Of a stretch of DNA of 64,000 nucleotides, positions 8,078 through 17,882 are shown piece after piece. The number at the start of each line of letters is the position of its first letter. Within the stretch, counting starts at the first letter, position 1. Made by a program: the position numbers and the translations under genes. This DNA comes from a virus, in the IMG/VR virus record IMGVR_UViG_3300021432_000008, positions 12,941 to 76,940 of that record; one strand, 5' to 3'. The notes beneath the pieces were generated by a model. The model was not told where the DNA came from and did no database searches. It worked only from the letters and a program-made list of their open reading frames with translations.

Positions 8078-10243
8078 CTACCAGATCCGGTGCGTCCCAA
8101 TGCGTTCAACCGTGGCCGGCCGATCCGAAGCGCCGACAGCCTTCGCGCCGTTCAGTTGCTCTCTGAGCCAGAACGGACTGTGGAGGATGCGGCATCCCCA
8201 GAAGGGCAGTCCGCCCGTGTCGTGGTTCTTGTGGTTCCACGTATGGCCGGAGAGCGGGAAGATCGTGAAGTTACGCAGGACCGCCGCCACGCACAACGCC
8301 GACTGGTCATCGACGGACAGGGTTCGGCAGATGTCCCAGGCCTGGCTGACCACTTTCGCGAGTCCAGGGTGATCCTTGCGGAAGAAGATCACGCCGGCGT
8401 TGAAGAGCGGCACGAAGCTCGCTCCCGGTAGGTACTCGCGCACAGCCTTCGTTATGTGCTCGTATCCATCGACGATCTCGTTGTCGTCGCCATACTCGCG
8501 TTGCCCGACGTGGTGCTTGTCGTAGGCCATCGCCAGCCCGAACTGCTCGGCTCGCACGAACGGCCAGTCGAAACTGATCGGATCGGGAGCATCGTGGGGA
8601 GGCAACCGCGGCGAGAGCGGATGCTCTGGCCCAATCACGAAGGCGTCGGTATCGAGGTAGAGCGTCAGGTCATAGGGCGACTTCTCGAAGATGACGAGCT
8701 TCTGCGCCATCGCGTTGCTGCCCACGCCAAACGCCGTCGCGTCGTAGGGTATCACGGAGTCGAACAGTCCACGATCGACAGCGAGGTTTGCCGTCTGCTC
8801 CAGCAGCAGAGAGATGGGCAGACCGAGCCGCCGGGCGCAGCGAGCGGAGTAGTGCAGCTCCTCCACGTTGTCGCTGGCGAACGGCTCGCTCCGATCCTCC
8901 GGCTGGCGTGGGTCATAGACGAGGAAGACGACACCCCGCGGCGGCGTGATGACAGTCATGCGGTTCTCCAGGTCGGCCTTGTCGAAGGTACGCAACTCGC
9001 TCCAGCGGTCATGGACGCCGACAGCCACTGTCCATCTCTCGCCGTCAAGGACGGCACCGCCGGGGAAGAGAACACCGGCGTACTGATCCGCCGGCTTCGT
9101 GTTCCAGTCGGCCGACGCGATCGGCTCGGACAGAAAACGCCTGATCGCAAATGGAGGCTTCGCATCGAAGGTATAGACGCCCATGTGGTAGGTAATCCGC
9201 CCACCCGGCTCCGTCCGCGAGTGGAAGAAGTGCCAGAACTCATCCCCCACGAGGACAGGGGAAGCACCGCCCCGCATTTCCCCTTCGGTCCAGTGAACCC
9301 GCGTCGGTGTCTGGTAGGCCATCTCCGCTTGCTCGCCATCGATACGGAGGATACGGTGTGGAGCGATGGAGTACACCGCGTAAAGGCTGCCGTCGTGCTC
9401 GAACACCCCCCAATTCTTCTCCCAGAGGTTCCTCTTGGGATAGTTCGGGTAGAAGATTTGCTCGACGCGCAGGTCATCGCTCAGGCGGGCATACAAGACG
9501 CTTGTGTGCAGGAACGTGGTCTTGCCCACAACGCCCGTGTACATGACGTGGAGCTTGCCGCGAAACATGAAGAGTCTGGGGTCTTCCCGTCCGAAATTCG
9601 CCTGCTGCTGGTGGAACAGGTCGAGCTTCACCGGCTCGCCAAACGGTCGAAAACGGGCATCCATCCTCTGGAGGAAAATCTCGCTGCCCGCCCAGCCGTT
9701 GCGGAAGGCGAACAGGTAGCCGTCCTGCCAGCGGATGAGCGATGGGTTGAAGCGCAGACCGGATGGGCCGGGAAGGGTGTGCTGGTCGATGCGGATGGTG
9801 TTGCCGTCCTCGACTGTCGGGGCGATTGCCGGCACTGGGCCATGTGTGATGATGGGCGGATTGTGGATGCGGGGCGGCTCTGTCCTTCTGTTCTTCGCCC
9901 TCTCGCGGTTCCGCTTCACCCGCTCTGCGTCCTTGCCCGCCTCCGGATGGTCGTTACATCGCTGGCAATAGCTGACTGCCCTGTCCTTAGATAGCTTCTC
10001 CTGCGTGCAGGAACCGTGGAGATTGCACGCCATCAGATCAACCATGACGACGCTGCCGCGGCAGGCATCGCACGGTGTTTCCCCGATCTTCGGCCCCTGA
10101 TGGGGACAGATGCCGCGGAGCAAGTGCGCCCCACGCGATGGCTGGCCGTTCTCCCGCGCCTGCGCCAGCACGCGCGGATCGTCGTCCGCGACCTCGATCT
10201 CGTTGTACAGCCCCGGTCCCAGGTATTCGAGGATAGTTGGCAT
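8078..10243 (-). CDS. GH130-like beta-propeller plus GT8-like glycosyltransferase fusion with Cys-rich N-terminus
   Basis: FNPSL, EDPRL, EKNW and RGG propeller motifs; TLYLDTD (DxD), FNAGVIFF and DQSAL GT-A motifs. Confidence 0.8.
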   Translation of the reverse strand: MPTILEYLGPGLYNEIEVADDDPRVLAQARENGQPSRGAHLLRGICPHQGPKIGETPCDACRGSVVMVDLMACNLHGSCTQEKLSKDRAVSYCQRCNDHPEAGKDAERVKRNRERAKNRRTEPPRIHNPPIITHGPVPAIAPTVEDGNTIRIDQHTLPGPSGLRFNPSLIRWQDGYLFAFRNGWAGSEIFLQRMDARFRPFGEPVKLDLFHQQQANFGREDPRLFMFRGKLHVMYTGVVGKTTFLHTSVLYARLSDDLRVEQIFYPNYPKRNLWEKNWGVFEHDGSLYAVYSIAPHRILRIDGEQAEMAYQTPTRVHWTEGEMRGGASPVLVGDEFWHFFHSRTEPGGRITYHMGVYTFDAKPPFAIRRFLSEPIASADWNTKPADQYAGVLFPGGAVLDGERWTVAVGVHDRWSELRTFDKADLENRMTVITPPRGVVFLVYDPRQPEDRSEPFASDNVEELHYSARCARRLGLPISLLLEQTANLAVDRGLFDSVIPYDATAFGVGSNAMAQKLVIFEKSPYDLTLYLDTDAFVIGPEHPLSPRLPPHDAPDPISFDWPFVRAEQFGLAMAYDKHHVGQREYGDDNEIVDGYEHITKAVREYLPGASFVPLFNAGVIFFRKDHPGLAKVVSQAWDICRTLSVDDQSALCVAAVLRNFTIFPLSGHTWNHKNHDTGGLPFWGCRILHSPFWLREQLNGAKAVGASDRPATVERIGTHRIW

Positions 10244-10244
10244 C

Positions 10245-13200
10245 TTACTTGTACACCACGAGGTTGCTTGCCCATGCCTGCGGGAATTGACCGTTGAGTA
10301 CCGCCGCGACATTCGTGCTCGCCGCCGGTACAATCTGCCGGCCCTCCTGACACTCGGCGCTGTTCCCCGCGCCACCGATCGAACCGCTCTGCCCGCCCGT
10401 GAAGCTGTTGCCCCACGGGCGGAGTGGCGGCGGCTCCAGAATGAACGCTGCCGCCGCGTAAGAGCAGGCGGCGTCCGTCAGGATCGTTCCCGTGTTGGGC
10501 TGATTCCGGACGCCGTTGTTACCGCCTCCCTGATCGACGACGTTGAGGGCGAGCCCTGTCACCTGTTCGACGGTCATGAACATATTGCCCGTCGCACCGC
10601 CCGCCAGGGTCGCCTGTATCGTGACACCGACGGCTCCCAGCGGCGATGCGACAGAGAAGGTAGTCACGCTGCCGGATACCAGTCCGCCGATGCTGGGCAG
10701 CTGCTCGGTGGCGTCCACGGGCATCGTCGTACCTGAGTACGTACAGGAGACGGCAGCGTTCGACTCCCAGACGTAGACCTGCACGATGACCCGCGAGGCG
10801 GCAGAGAAGGTGAGCGCCGTCTTGCTGATCGTGTTGACGAAGGCGGCACCCGAAGACACCGGAGGCGTCTTGCCCACAGACACGATGCTGCACGCGCCGG
10901 AGCCCGAGCCCGAACCGCTCGCGGCGCAATCGCCCTGAGTCGCCGTCACCGTGACCGAGCCGTCGCCCAGGGTGTTGTTGCAGCAGCCGTCCGCGTTGCC
11001 GATGCCCATGAACTGGAACCCGGTCCAGGTGATGACCGCTGGAGGTCCGCAAGCGACCGTTGTGGAGGGGACGCCGACGCCCTTGACAACGCCGCCCAGC
11101 TGCATGTCGCAATTGACGCCGTTGATCTCCAGGTTGAGATAGTACGTCCCTTTGTCGCACCAGATAGTGCCCTGAGCGATATAGGCGCAGGTGCCGCTTC
11201 CCGAGCCGGAACCCGAACCGCTGCCACCAGCGCCGGCCAATTCAGGAGGGCAAGCCGGGAAGGTGTTGACACATCCGCCGGCAGTCCAGCCAGCGGGGTA
11301 GGAGACTGTGGCGGTGCAGGTGGGCAACACGAAGGACGGGGTCGGGCAGACGGTGCCGTAAATCGCGCAAAACTCGAACGGTACGGCCTGAGTGCAGAGC
11401 GCCTGTATGGGAAACGTGATGGGGAAAGCCGTGCAGGGGGCGTCGCCGGTACTCAGCAGAGTGCCGCCGCCGAAGATGCCTCCTGGACAGCCCGGAAGAC
11501 CCAAGCAGTCTCCGTCTCCGCCTTGCGGGTCGATCGGGCAGAAGAAGAGGGTGCCGTTGACGTTGTCGGCCGGAGAATTATCCTTGTGGCAGACATAGAC
11601 GAGGTAACCGATCCACGTCTTCGGGGTGCAGCCAGTTGTCGAGGTGCCGAGCTGGAAGCCGCTGAGACTAGCAACCGCTGCCCAGTTTTGCGAGGGCGAC
11701 ACGTTGCAATGGGCGCTGCTGGTGGCGACGAGGTTGTAGCTCGATCGGTCGAAGACAATGCCTGGCGTGCAGGAACCAATAGACGCCACAAGGACGGCCG
11801 GCATCGCTGCCGGACAGCATACGTCTGCCGCGATGCAGCAGTCCAGCCCGAAAGAATCTCCCGTGCAAGTGCAGGGCGTGCTGACGAGCGTCGGCGGCAG
11901 CAACCATGTCCCATCGTCCTGCTCTATAAACGTCAGGCACACGCCGTCCAGGCATGGGCAGCCCGACACGTTCGCCAGGCACACGCACAGGTCATCGGAG
12001 AAGTTGCAGCATACGGGTGACGGGCAGCACGGCGGGTTGACGAAGCACGTCTTCGTCGGGATACCCGTCCAGGTATCGGTGCAGGTGACCTCGACAATCA
12101 CGTCAAAGCCGGCGCCGCTGCCGAATTCTCCCGAGCCCGACCCGCTGTGCGGGCGGATGCACGTCGCCGTCTGGCTGCACAGGTAGCGGGAGGACAGCAC
12201 GGGGGGCGGCGGGATACACAGGAGCGTGCAGGTGTTCGGCTCCGTCACGAAAACAAAGTCGGCGCCGATCGGGACAGGCGTCAGGTAGACGTTGTCGAAC
12301 GCGATCACGGTGCCGGGAGCGAGGTTGCCGATCACCTGCCCGACGACCGTCTGGATGATGCCCTGTCCCACTCCGGCGATGGCACCAACGCGGGCGGGGA
12401 TGAACGTCGTGGCCTTCGCCGTCCCCGTTGCCGGCTGACAGCCCTTCCCTGGACCGAAGTAGTTGCCGATCAGGAGCGTTTGCGAGTGATCGAGGTACGG
12501 GCCGCGCTCCACTCTGGTAGTGACACGGTTGGCGTCCGCGACGTATTCCGCCAACGCGACGATGCCATCGAAGACCCACGGGACGCAACCCGAATAGCAG
12601 GCGTCGATGCCCTCCGCCATCCACCGATACCAGTCGGACGCCGCCTGCTTCGCCAACGCCAGAAGCGTCGCCTCGTTGGTCGGTATCGTCGCCGGAGGCG
12701 TGTACGTGGCCGCCAGCGACGTGCGTAGCGTCTTGGTGCCGTTGAACCCGGCTGCCGTGCCCATCTCAGAGAGAGACAAGCTGGTGAGCGTCACCTGCTC
12801 AATCCACGTCGGGCCGCCCTGACCGGGGAACGTGACTGTGACGGATGACGGCAGGATCGTGTTCAGGTCCGTCTGTGCGTAGGGTACGAGGTCGAAGACG
12901 TCGCCCTCCAGCCGCACGGCGAGGTTCAGGTTCGCGGCGAAGGCTGCCTGCCCAGAAGTCGCGTTGAGCGCCAGCACGGTCCCGTCAGTCCTGCGAACTA
13001 TTCGCTGGCCGCAGGAGAACGCCACGGCATCGAGCAAGAGTGGCAGTGTCGGGTAGTCGAGCGTCAACTCGTTCGACGGCACGAGGTAGGCGGCGGGAAC
13101 CGTGTCCGCTGTGATGGTGATTCCGAGGGCGGTCGCGATCTGGGCATAGAGCTGCGCCCATGTCGTCGTCGTGCCATCGACGGTGATCTTGCCGGCGCGG

Positions 13201-13670
13201 AACCACCAGTCGAGCCGATCGTCTGCCAGCGTAACGATGTAAAGCGCCGGTATCGGTAGCGGCTTGCCGTTGACGATGACGACGTTGCCGTTGGCGTCCA
13301 CCAGATTGCCGTGGACGCGCTCCACGGGTCGCGCGGCCAGCATTCGCATCACGGGAGAGATGCTGCGCTGACCGTCGCTGATGATGAGCGGACCCTTGCC
13401 GCCAGCGGCACGGATGGCGGCGAGCTGTGACTCTTGTACGATGTAGTGCCCCACCGCGAACTTTGCCGCTCCAGTCGGCCAGTAGAGGCTGCCGATCTTC
13501 GTGGGCTTGGTGGGCAGAGCGCCCTGGAAGCTGGCGTAGGAGATGCTCTGCTCGGGCCAAGTGCGAGAGGCGAACTCAAGCAACCATGCTGGATCGAGAA
13601 GCGTGGAAATGCGGTCAACGACGTCGGGCGCCGGCCATTCAACGCTGACCCCACAGAAGGACACGCTCAA
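10245..13670 (-). CDS. tail tip / fibre protein with Cys-rich central region
   Basis: 1141 aa at the end of the tail operon; GSGSGSG linkers, many CC/CxC motifs, beta-rich C-terminal domain. Confidence 0.7.
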   Translation of the reverse strand: MSVSFCGVSVEWPAPDVVDRISTLLDPAWLLEFASRTWPEQSISYASFQGALPTKPTKIGSLYWPTGAAKFAVGHYIVQESQLAAIRAAGGKGPLIISDGQRSISPVMRMLAARPVERVHGNLVDANGNVVIVNGKPLPIPALYIVTLADDRLDWWFRAGKITVDGTTTTWAQLYAQIATALGITITADTVPAAYLVPSNELTLDYPTLPLLLDAVAFSCGQRIVRRTDGTVLALNATSGQAAFAANLNLAVRLEGDVFDLVPYAQTDLNTILPSSVTVTFPGQGGPTWIEQVTLTSLSLSEMGTAAGFNGTKTLRTSLAATYTPPATIPTNEATLLALAKQAASDWYRWMAEGIDACYSGCVPWVFDGIVALAEYVADANRVTTRVERGPYLDHSQTLLIGNYFGPGKGCQPATGTAKATTFIPARVGAIAGVGQGIIQTVVGQVIGNLAPGTVIAFDNVYLTPVPIGADFVFVTEPNTCTLLCIPPPPVLSSRYLCSQTATCIRPHSGSGSGEFGSGAGFDVIVEVTCTDTWTGIPTKTCFVNPPCCPSPVCCNFSDDLCVCLANVSGCPCLDGVCLTFIEQDDGTWLLPPTLVSTPCTCTGDSFGLDCCIAADVCCPAAMPAVLVASIGSCTPGIVFDRSSYNLVATSSAHCNVSPSQNWAAVASLSGFQLGTSTTGCTPKTWIGYLVYVCHKDNSPADNVNGTLFFCPIDPQGGDGDCLGLPGCPGGIFGGGTLLSTGDAPCTAFPITFPIQALCTQAVPFEFCAIYGTVCPTPSFVLPTCTATVSYPAGWTAGGCVNTFPACPPELAGAGGSGSGSGSGSGTCAYIAQGTIWCDKGTYYLNLEINGVNCDMQLGGVVKGVGVPSTTVACGPPAVITWTGFQFMGIGNADGCCNNTLGDGSVTVTATQGDCAASGSGSGSGACSIVSVGKTPPVSSGAAFVNTISKTALTFSAASRVIVQVYVWESNAAVSCTYSGTTMPVDATEQLPSIGGLVSGSVTTFSVASPLGAVGVTIQATLAGGATGNMFMTVEQVTGLALNVVDQGGGNNGVRNQPNTGTILTDAACSYAAAAFILEPPPLRPWGNSFTGGQSGSIGGAGNSAECQEGRQIVPAASTNVAAVLNGQFPQAWASNLVVYK

Positions 13671-13686
13671 GCGGCACCCTCCCTGC

Positions 13687-14454
13687 TCACTGCTTCGTCA
13701 GCGTTTCCGCAGGGAAGCCGCCCGTCTCCGTCTTGCCGTAGGTGTTGACCCACTGGCAGAAGACCTGTCGGGTATGCGTGCCGACGTCGATCACCGTCAT
13801 CGTCGGGCCGCCGGAGTTGAGCATCACCTTGTCACCGGGCTTGAAGGGGCATTCCTTGGGATCTGGCGGCAATAACCGGCGAATCCTCTCCGGAATGAAC
13901 CCTGAAACCACATACGAGGTGACATTGTCGCCGTGCCCCGCGATGGACCACTGCCAGGGATAACCTTCCGGCGAGTTCGCCGGAACGGAAGGCTGCGCCG
14001 ACGCACCGTCTGGCGGAGTGGACTGCGTTCCGACGATCGCCTTGATCTGCTCGCGAACCTTTTCCTTCGTCAAGCCCATGTCGTCGAGTACCGCGAAGGC
14101 AATGTCGTCGTGCAGCAGCCCCAGAAGAATGTGCTCCGTGCCGATATGGCCGTGGTTCAGCCCGCGGGCTTCCCTGACGGCGTTCTCGATGACGAGCCGG
14201 GCGTTCGGCGTCTGGGGCAATTTGCCCATCGTCACCATGTCGGGACCGGGACGAATCCGGCTCTCCACCCCAACACGAATCTTGCGCAGGTCAACGTCCA
14301 GGTTCTTCAGGACGTTGGCGGCGACCCCAGAACCTTCCTTGATCAGCCCGAGCAGGATGTGCTCGGGGGCGATGTATTCGTGGTTGAAGCGCTGTGCCTC
14401 CTGGTTGGCCAGCTGCATCGTCTTGCGGGCACGATCGGAAAAGCGTTCGTACAA
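13687..14454 (-). CDS. ClpC N-terminal (Clp_N double repeat) domain fused to a DUF2158/YodC domain, no ATPase
   Basis: MYERFSDRARKTMQLANQEAQRFNHEYI.PEHILLGL...GTEHILLGLL; C-terminal FKPGDKVMLNSGGPTMTV...CQW...FPAETL. Confidence 0.9.
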   Translation of the reverse strand: MYERFSDRARKTMQLANQEAQRFNHEYIAPEHILLGLIKEGSGVAANVLKNLDVDLRKIRVGVESRIRPGPDMVTMGKLPQTPNARLVIENAVREARGLNHGHIGTEHILLGLLHDDIAFAVLDDMGLTKEKVREQIKAIVGTQSTPPDGASAQPSVPANSPEGYPWQWSIAGHGDNVTSYVVSGFIPERIRRLLPPDPKECPFKPGDKVMLNSGGPTMTVIDVGTHTRQVFCQWVNTYGKTETGGFPAETLTKQ

Positions 14455-14466
14455 GGCTTCTCTCCT

Positions 14467-14979
14467 TTACTGCCGCGACTGGTCGAGGTTCCGGATGTAC
14501 TTCACCGTCAGGTCGATCTCGGAGCTGATCCAGTTTATGTCATCGGGATCATGCCTCGGCGCGTGCGGCCCATTGATGATCCGCATCGGCTCCGGCGTGA
14601 TCACGTTGCTGACGTTGTCTTGCGGCTGAAATATCTGGAGCGCATCCATCACCTGATCCTCCAGCGTGACAAGACCCGTCGTCAGGCGCGTCAACCGCAA
14701 AAGGTCGCTACCAGCCTGGTCCTGCTGTGATCGCACGCGGCAGACGATCGTCATGTGCCGGTCGCGGCGGTCGTCCACCCGTCCGGCGCCATGAAGTGCG
14801 TCATCGTCGCCGTTCTCGTCCATGAGGCGAATCAGCACGTCCTGCGTCGCCGTGAAGTGCGGGATCACGCCGTCGCCCACGATGCCCACGCGATCCGACT
14901 TGAAGCCGGTGATGGCCATGATCTGCGTCTGTATCGCCAGCGCGATCGTGCGGATCGACGTGCGGATGGGCTGCGCCAC
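14467..14979 (-). CDS. putative tail terminator-like protein
   Basis: 170 aa, alpha/beta pattern, located in the tail operon. Confidence 0.45.
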   Translation of the reverse strand: MAQPIRTSIRTIALAIQTQIMAITGFKSDRVGIVGDGVIPHFTATQDVLIRLMDENGDDDALHGAGRVDDRRDRHMTIVCRVRSQQDQAGSDLLRLTRLTTGLVTLEDQVMDALQIFQPQDNVSNVITPEPMRIINGPHAPRHDPDDINWISSEIDLTVKYIRNLDQSRQ

Positions 14980-14982
14980 GGG

Positions 14983-15159
14983 TCACTCCTTCGGCGGCAT
15001 CTCGTCAGCGTGTGGCGTGACGGCTTCGACCGGACGGGCCTGATCGTCCACGTCAACGCCGAGGTCCTTGGCCAGCGCGGCGAGGGCGTGCAGCGTCGAG
15101 GGCGGGCTGTCCTCGATGAGACGCTTGCGGGCGAGGAGGATGAACTCGGTGGGGGACAT
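14983..15159 (-). CDS. small hypothetical protein
   Basis: GAGG RBS; 58 aa. Confidence 0.45.
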   Translation of the reverse strand: MSPTEFILLARKRLIEDSPPSTLHALAALAKDLGVDVDDQARPVEAVTPHADEMPPKE

Positions 15160-15191
15160 GGGAACCTCAGATAAAAGAGATAGATAAAGTA

Positions 15192-16721
15192 TCAGGCAAC
15201 GCACGTATCAAGGATCGTGGGCGAGCCGGATATGGGCATTTGCAGGTTGTTAGCGCGGAGAGAGAACCCGCTTGCCGCGAATGCTCGCTCCAGCCAGTAG
15301 TGGTACAGTCCCGATCCGCTGGTTGCGTAGTTGTTCGTGATCGCGACCGTCCAGGTGTCGGGGGTGAGCCCGTCCAGCATTCTTGTCGAACCAGCGTGAA
15401 CCGTTGCGAAGGGACCGCCAGCGTACAGCTGCGTGGCTTGCTGCATCGTCACGTTGCTGATGAAGATGTTCGTGCCCGTGGTCAGCGCCACCGACAGGCG
15501 GATGCGTAGACGGGCGTAGGGGACCGTCGTCGGCATGTTCTCCGGCGTGTGGATGACCAGGGTCAGCGCATGCCAGAGCGTATCGGCCACCGGGTTGAGG
15601 GTCTTGGTCACACTGTTGGCGTTGGCCTGGTCGTCGTTGATGACGACGCCGATACCAGCCGAACCATCGACCAGCGCGATTTCCAGAGTCCCCGCCGCCG
15701 GCGAGCCAGCCGAGAGCTTGTAAAAGAGACAAACATGGTACGTGGTATCGGGCGCCAGCGTTGCGTTCGTGCCCCCGAGTCCTACCCCCGGCTCGGGGCC
15801 CGTGTTGAACGCCTGCGTGATGCAGGTGAGCGTTGCACTATCGCCCACGAACTCAACCGAATTGGCCGGACTGGTGAGATAACCCGTGGCGCCGCCGTTG
15901 AGTATCGCCGTGCCGACCACGCCGATAACTGGTGTCCATTGATCCGGGACGTTGAGGTTAGTGTAGACCTGGAAGTTGCCGTTGATCAGGAGGTTGCCGG
16001 CCTGGCCCGTGTAGTTGATGTCGCCTCGGACGGCCGCCAGGGTGGCGTTGGCTCCCGAGCCGCCGGGCCAGTTGAAGGCCGTCGCGTCCGTCACGGCGGG
16101 CAGGCCGACCGCGGAAAGGATCTCGTTGCCAAGAAGTGTGCCGCCCGTCAAACTGTCCTTCGTCACGGCGAAGGTGAGCGTCTCGGGAGGGCACAGAGCG
16201 AGAGCGACGCCGTTGCCCAGCTTCATTGACACGACGATGGTTGGATTGCCCGTCGGCGTGCCCACGTTGGTCTGCGCCCCGGCGGCAAGCGTGCCGCTCT
16301 GTACCGACGTGCCGGCGACCGTCATCTGGTTGATAAGCCCGACAATGCTCTGCTGGAGCGTGGCGGTAAGCAAGGTGGCGAGAGGCGCGTTGCTGGAGAT
16401 GCCCAGCTGATCGAGGCCCCACATGGCGCGCGTTGTATTCGCGGCCTCGGTCGCGGCGTCCTTGACGATCCCTGCCAGGGCCGTCTGGTAGACGCCGAGC
16501 TGCGCCGTGATGTTGGGGTTCACCGTGATGATCTGGGGCAGTGCCGTGCCGGCCGCATAGTCGCCGGGAACGGTCGTGATCTCTCTGGTCGCCAGGCTGG
16601 CACCTGAGAGCACGCGCGAGGTCGCGGGACCGCCTGCGAAGGCGATCGCATCAGCAGCGCCGCCGAATTCATGACCAAGTCGGACGGACCAGCTGCCGGC
16701 CCCGGTCAACGGTACGCTCAT
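15192..16721 (-). CDS. virion structural protein with CBM-like domain
   Basis: NLLINGNF...PDQW...DTTYHVCLFYK jelly-roll pattern; Thr/Gly/Ala-rich. Confidence 0.65.
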   Translation of the reverse strand: MSVPLTGAGSWSVRLGHEFGGAADAIAFAGGPATSRVLSGASLATREITTVPGDYAAGTALPQIITVNPNITAQLGVYQTALAGIVKDAATEAANTTRAMWGLDQLGISSNAPLATLLTATLQQSIVGLINQMTVAGTSVQSGTLAAGAQTNVGTPTGNPTIVVSMKLGNGVALALCPPETLTFAVTKDSLTGGTLLGNEILSAVGLPAVTDATAFNWPGGSGANATLAAVRGDINYTGQAGNLLINGNFQVYTNLNVPDQWTPVIGVVGTAILNGGATGYLTSPANSVEFVGDSATLTCITQAFNTGPEPGVGLGGTNATLAPDTTYHVCLFYKLSAGSPAAGTLEIALVDGSAGIGVVINDDQANANSVTKTLNPVADTLWHALTLVIHTPENMPTTVPYARLRIRLSVALTTGTNIFISNVTMQQATQLYAGGPFATVHAGSTRMLDGLTPDTWTVAITNNYATSGSGLYHYWLERAFAASGFSLRANNLQMPISGSPTILDTCVA

Positions 16722-16829
16722 ACATCACCTCTATTTCTGTTCACTATCAAGGTTCGTATTGTCGCCTTTTCCCTTGCGTGCCCACCCGCCGTGCCTGACG
16801 ATGGAGTGAGCCCGCTCTCGGAACCACCC

Positions 16830-17279
16830 ATGCCTCCTGAACGTCTCGAAGTCGTCGGCCGTGCCGAGCAACAGCCCCATCGCGGTCCCATCCTTCTTGT
16901 CCTGGGGATTACCGGGTTAGCCTTCTCGGCGTTGGGCGCGCTGTCCTGCGCCGTCCACCCCCTGGCGCTATTCCTCGTCGTCGGCCTGGCTCTTAGCGCC
17001 CTGGCCTGGCTTCTGGGAAGCGTGGACATGGCGAGGATTCGTACCGGCAGCATGGAGCCGTCAGGCAGGGCGACAACGCAGGCGGCGCGCACGTGCGGCA
17101 TCGTGGGTACCGCCCTCTGTTCGCTCTTTCTGTGTGTCGCCGTCTCCACTTTCCTGTTCTCCTTCCTCGCGGCCTCTCGCTGGTTTGACCAGCAAAAAGC
17201 ACCTGAACCTGTCCCCAGCACCGGGCCTCCCACCATCGAACGGCCTGGTGATGCCCCGGCCGAACGCCATCGTCAGTAG
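16830..17279 (+). CDS. DUF4190-like membrane protein (antisense moron)
   Basis: PHRGPILLVLGI...AWLLGSVDMARIRTGSMEPSGR...CGIVGT; three hydrophobic helices. Confidence 0.75.
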   Translation: MPPERLEVVGRAEQQPHRGPILLVLGITGLAFSALGALSCAVHPLALFLVVGLALSALAWLLGSVDMARIRTGSMEPSGRATTQAARTCGIVGTALCSLFLCVAVSTFLFSFLAASRWFDQQKAPEPVPSTGPPTIERPGDAPAERHRQ

Positions 17280-17875
17280 GCGATTCCTCCCCCTTGAAAG
17301 CCTTGCACCCCCGAAGACTTGTCGAGGTACTGGACAAAGTCCTGCGGGTTGAGGATGTTGCTCGCGGCCGGCGTCACGTCGAACGGGCTGGCTCCGAAGT
17401 CGAAGACGTCCACGCCGGGAACCGGCATCTTCTGGAGCTTGAACACCCAGGAGATGAACAGTCCGCGAAGCTGCTGACCGTCCACGAGGTTCTGAGGCGT
17501 GAAGTAGACCATTCGCCAGAACATCAACACGTCGTTGTTGTCCTGGGTGTTGAAGCTGGGCACAGGCGGATTGCTGCCGATGGCCTGGCCGGCACAGGAG
17601 ATGATTTTCCAGCAAGACCCCGCGTGCGTTCGCCAGAACTGCTCGAGCGCCGACTGAAACGGCGCGGCCACGGGAGAGCTTCGGAGCCCCTGGTCGCCCA
17701 CGTACTCAATCGTTTGGCCCCAGGCATAAAGGGGAGTCGCCTGTAGGTTCTGCAAGGTCGGGGGAACCGGCAGACTTCCCGGCAAACCGCCCGGCGCGAA
17801 GTCAAAATTCGATACGCCCTGCTGGTATCCCGAAGCGGGGTCTTGCGGTTCCGGGTTGTATGGGGTGTTCGGCAT
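17273..17875 (-). CDS. putative tail protein
   Basis: 200 aa within the tail operon; starts MPNTPYNP. Confidence 0.55.
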   Translation of the reverse strand: MPNTPYNPEPQDPASGYQQGVSNFDFAPGGLPGSLPVPPTLQNLQATPLYAWGQTIEYVGDQGLRSSPVAAPFQSALEQFWRTHAGSCWKIISCAGQAIGSNPPVPSFNTQDNNDVLMFWRMVYFTPQNLVDGQQLRGLFISWVFKLQKMPVPGVDVFDFGASPFDVTPAASNILNPQDFVQYLDKSSGVQGFQGGGIAY

Positions 17876-17882
17876 CGGTTTT

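Noticed and set aside
13687-14454. Functional clpC, or a boundary into host chromosome
   Set aside because: There is no AAA+ domain and the gene is flanked by tail genes.
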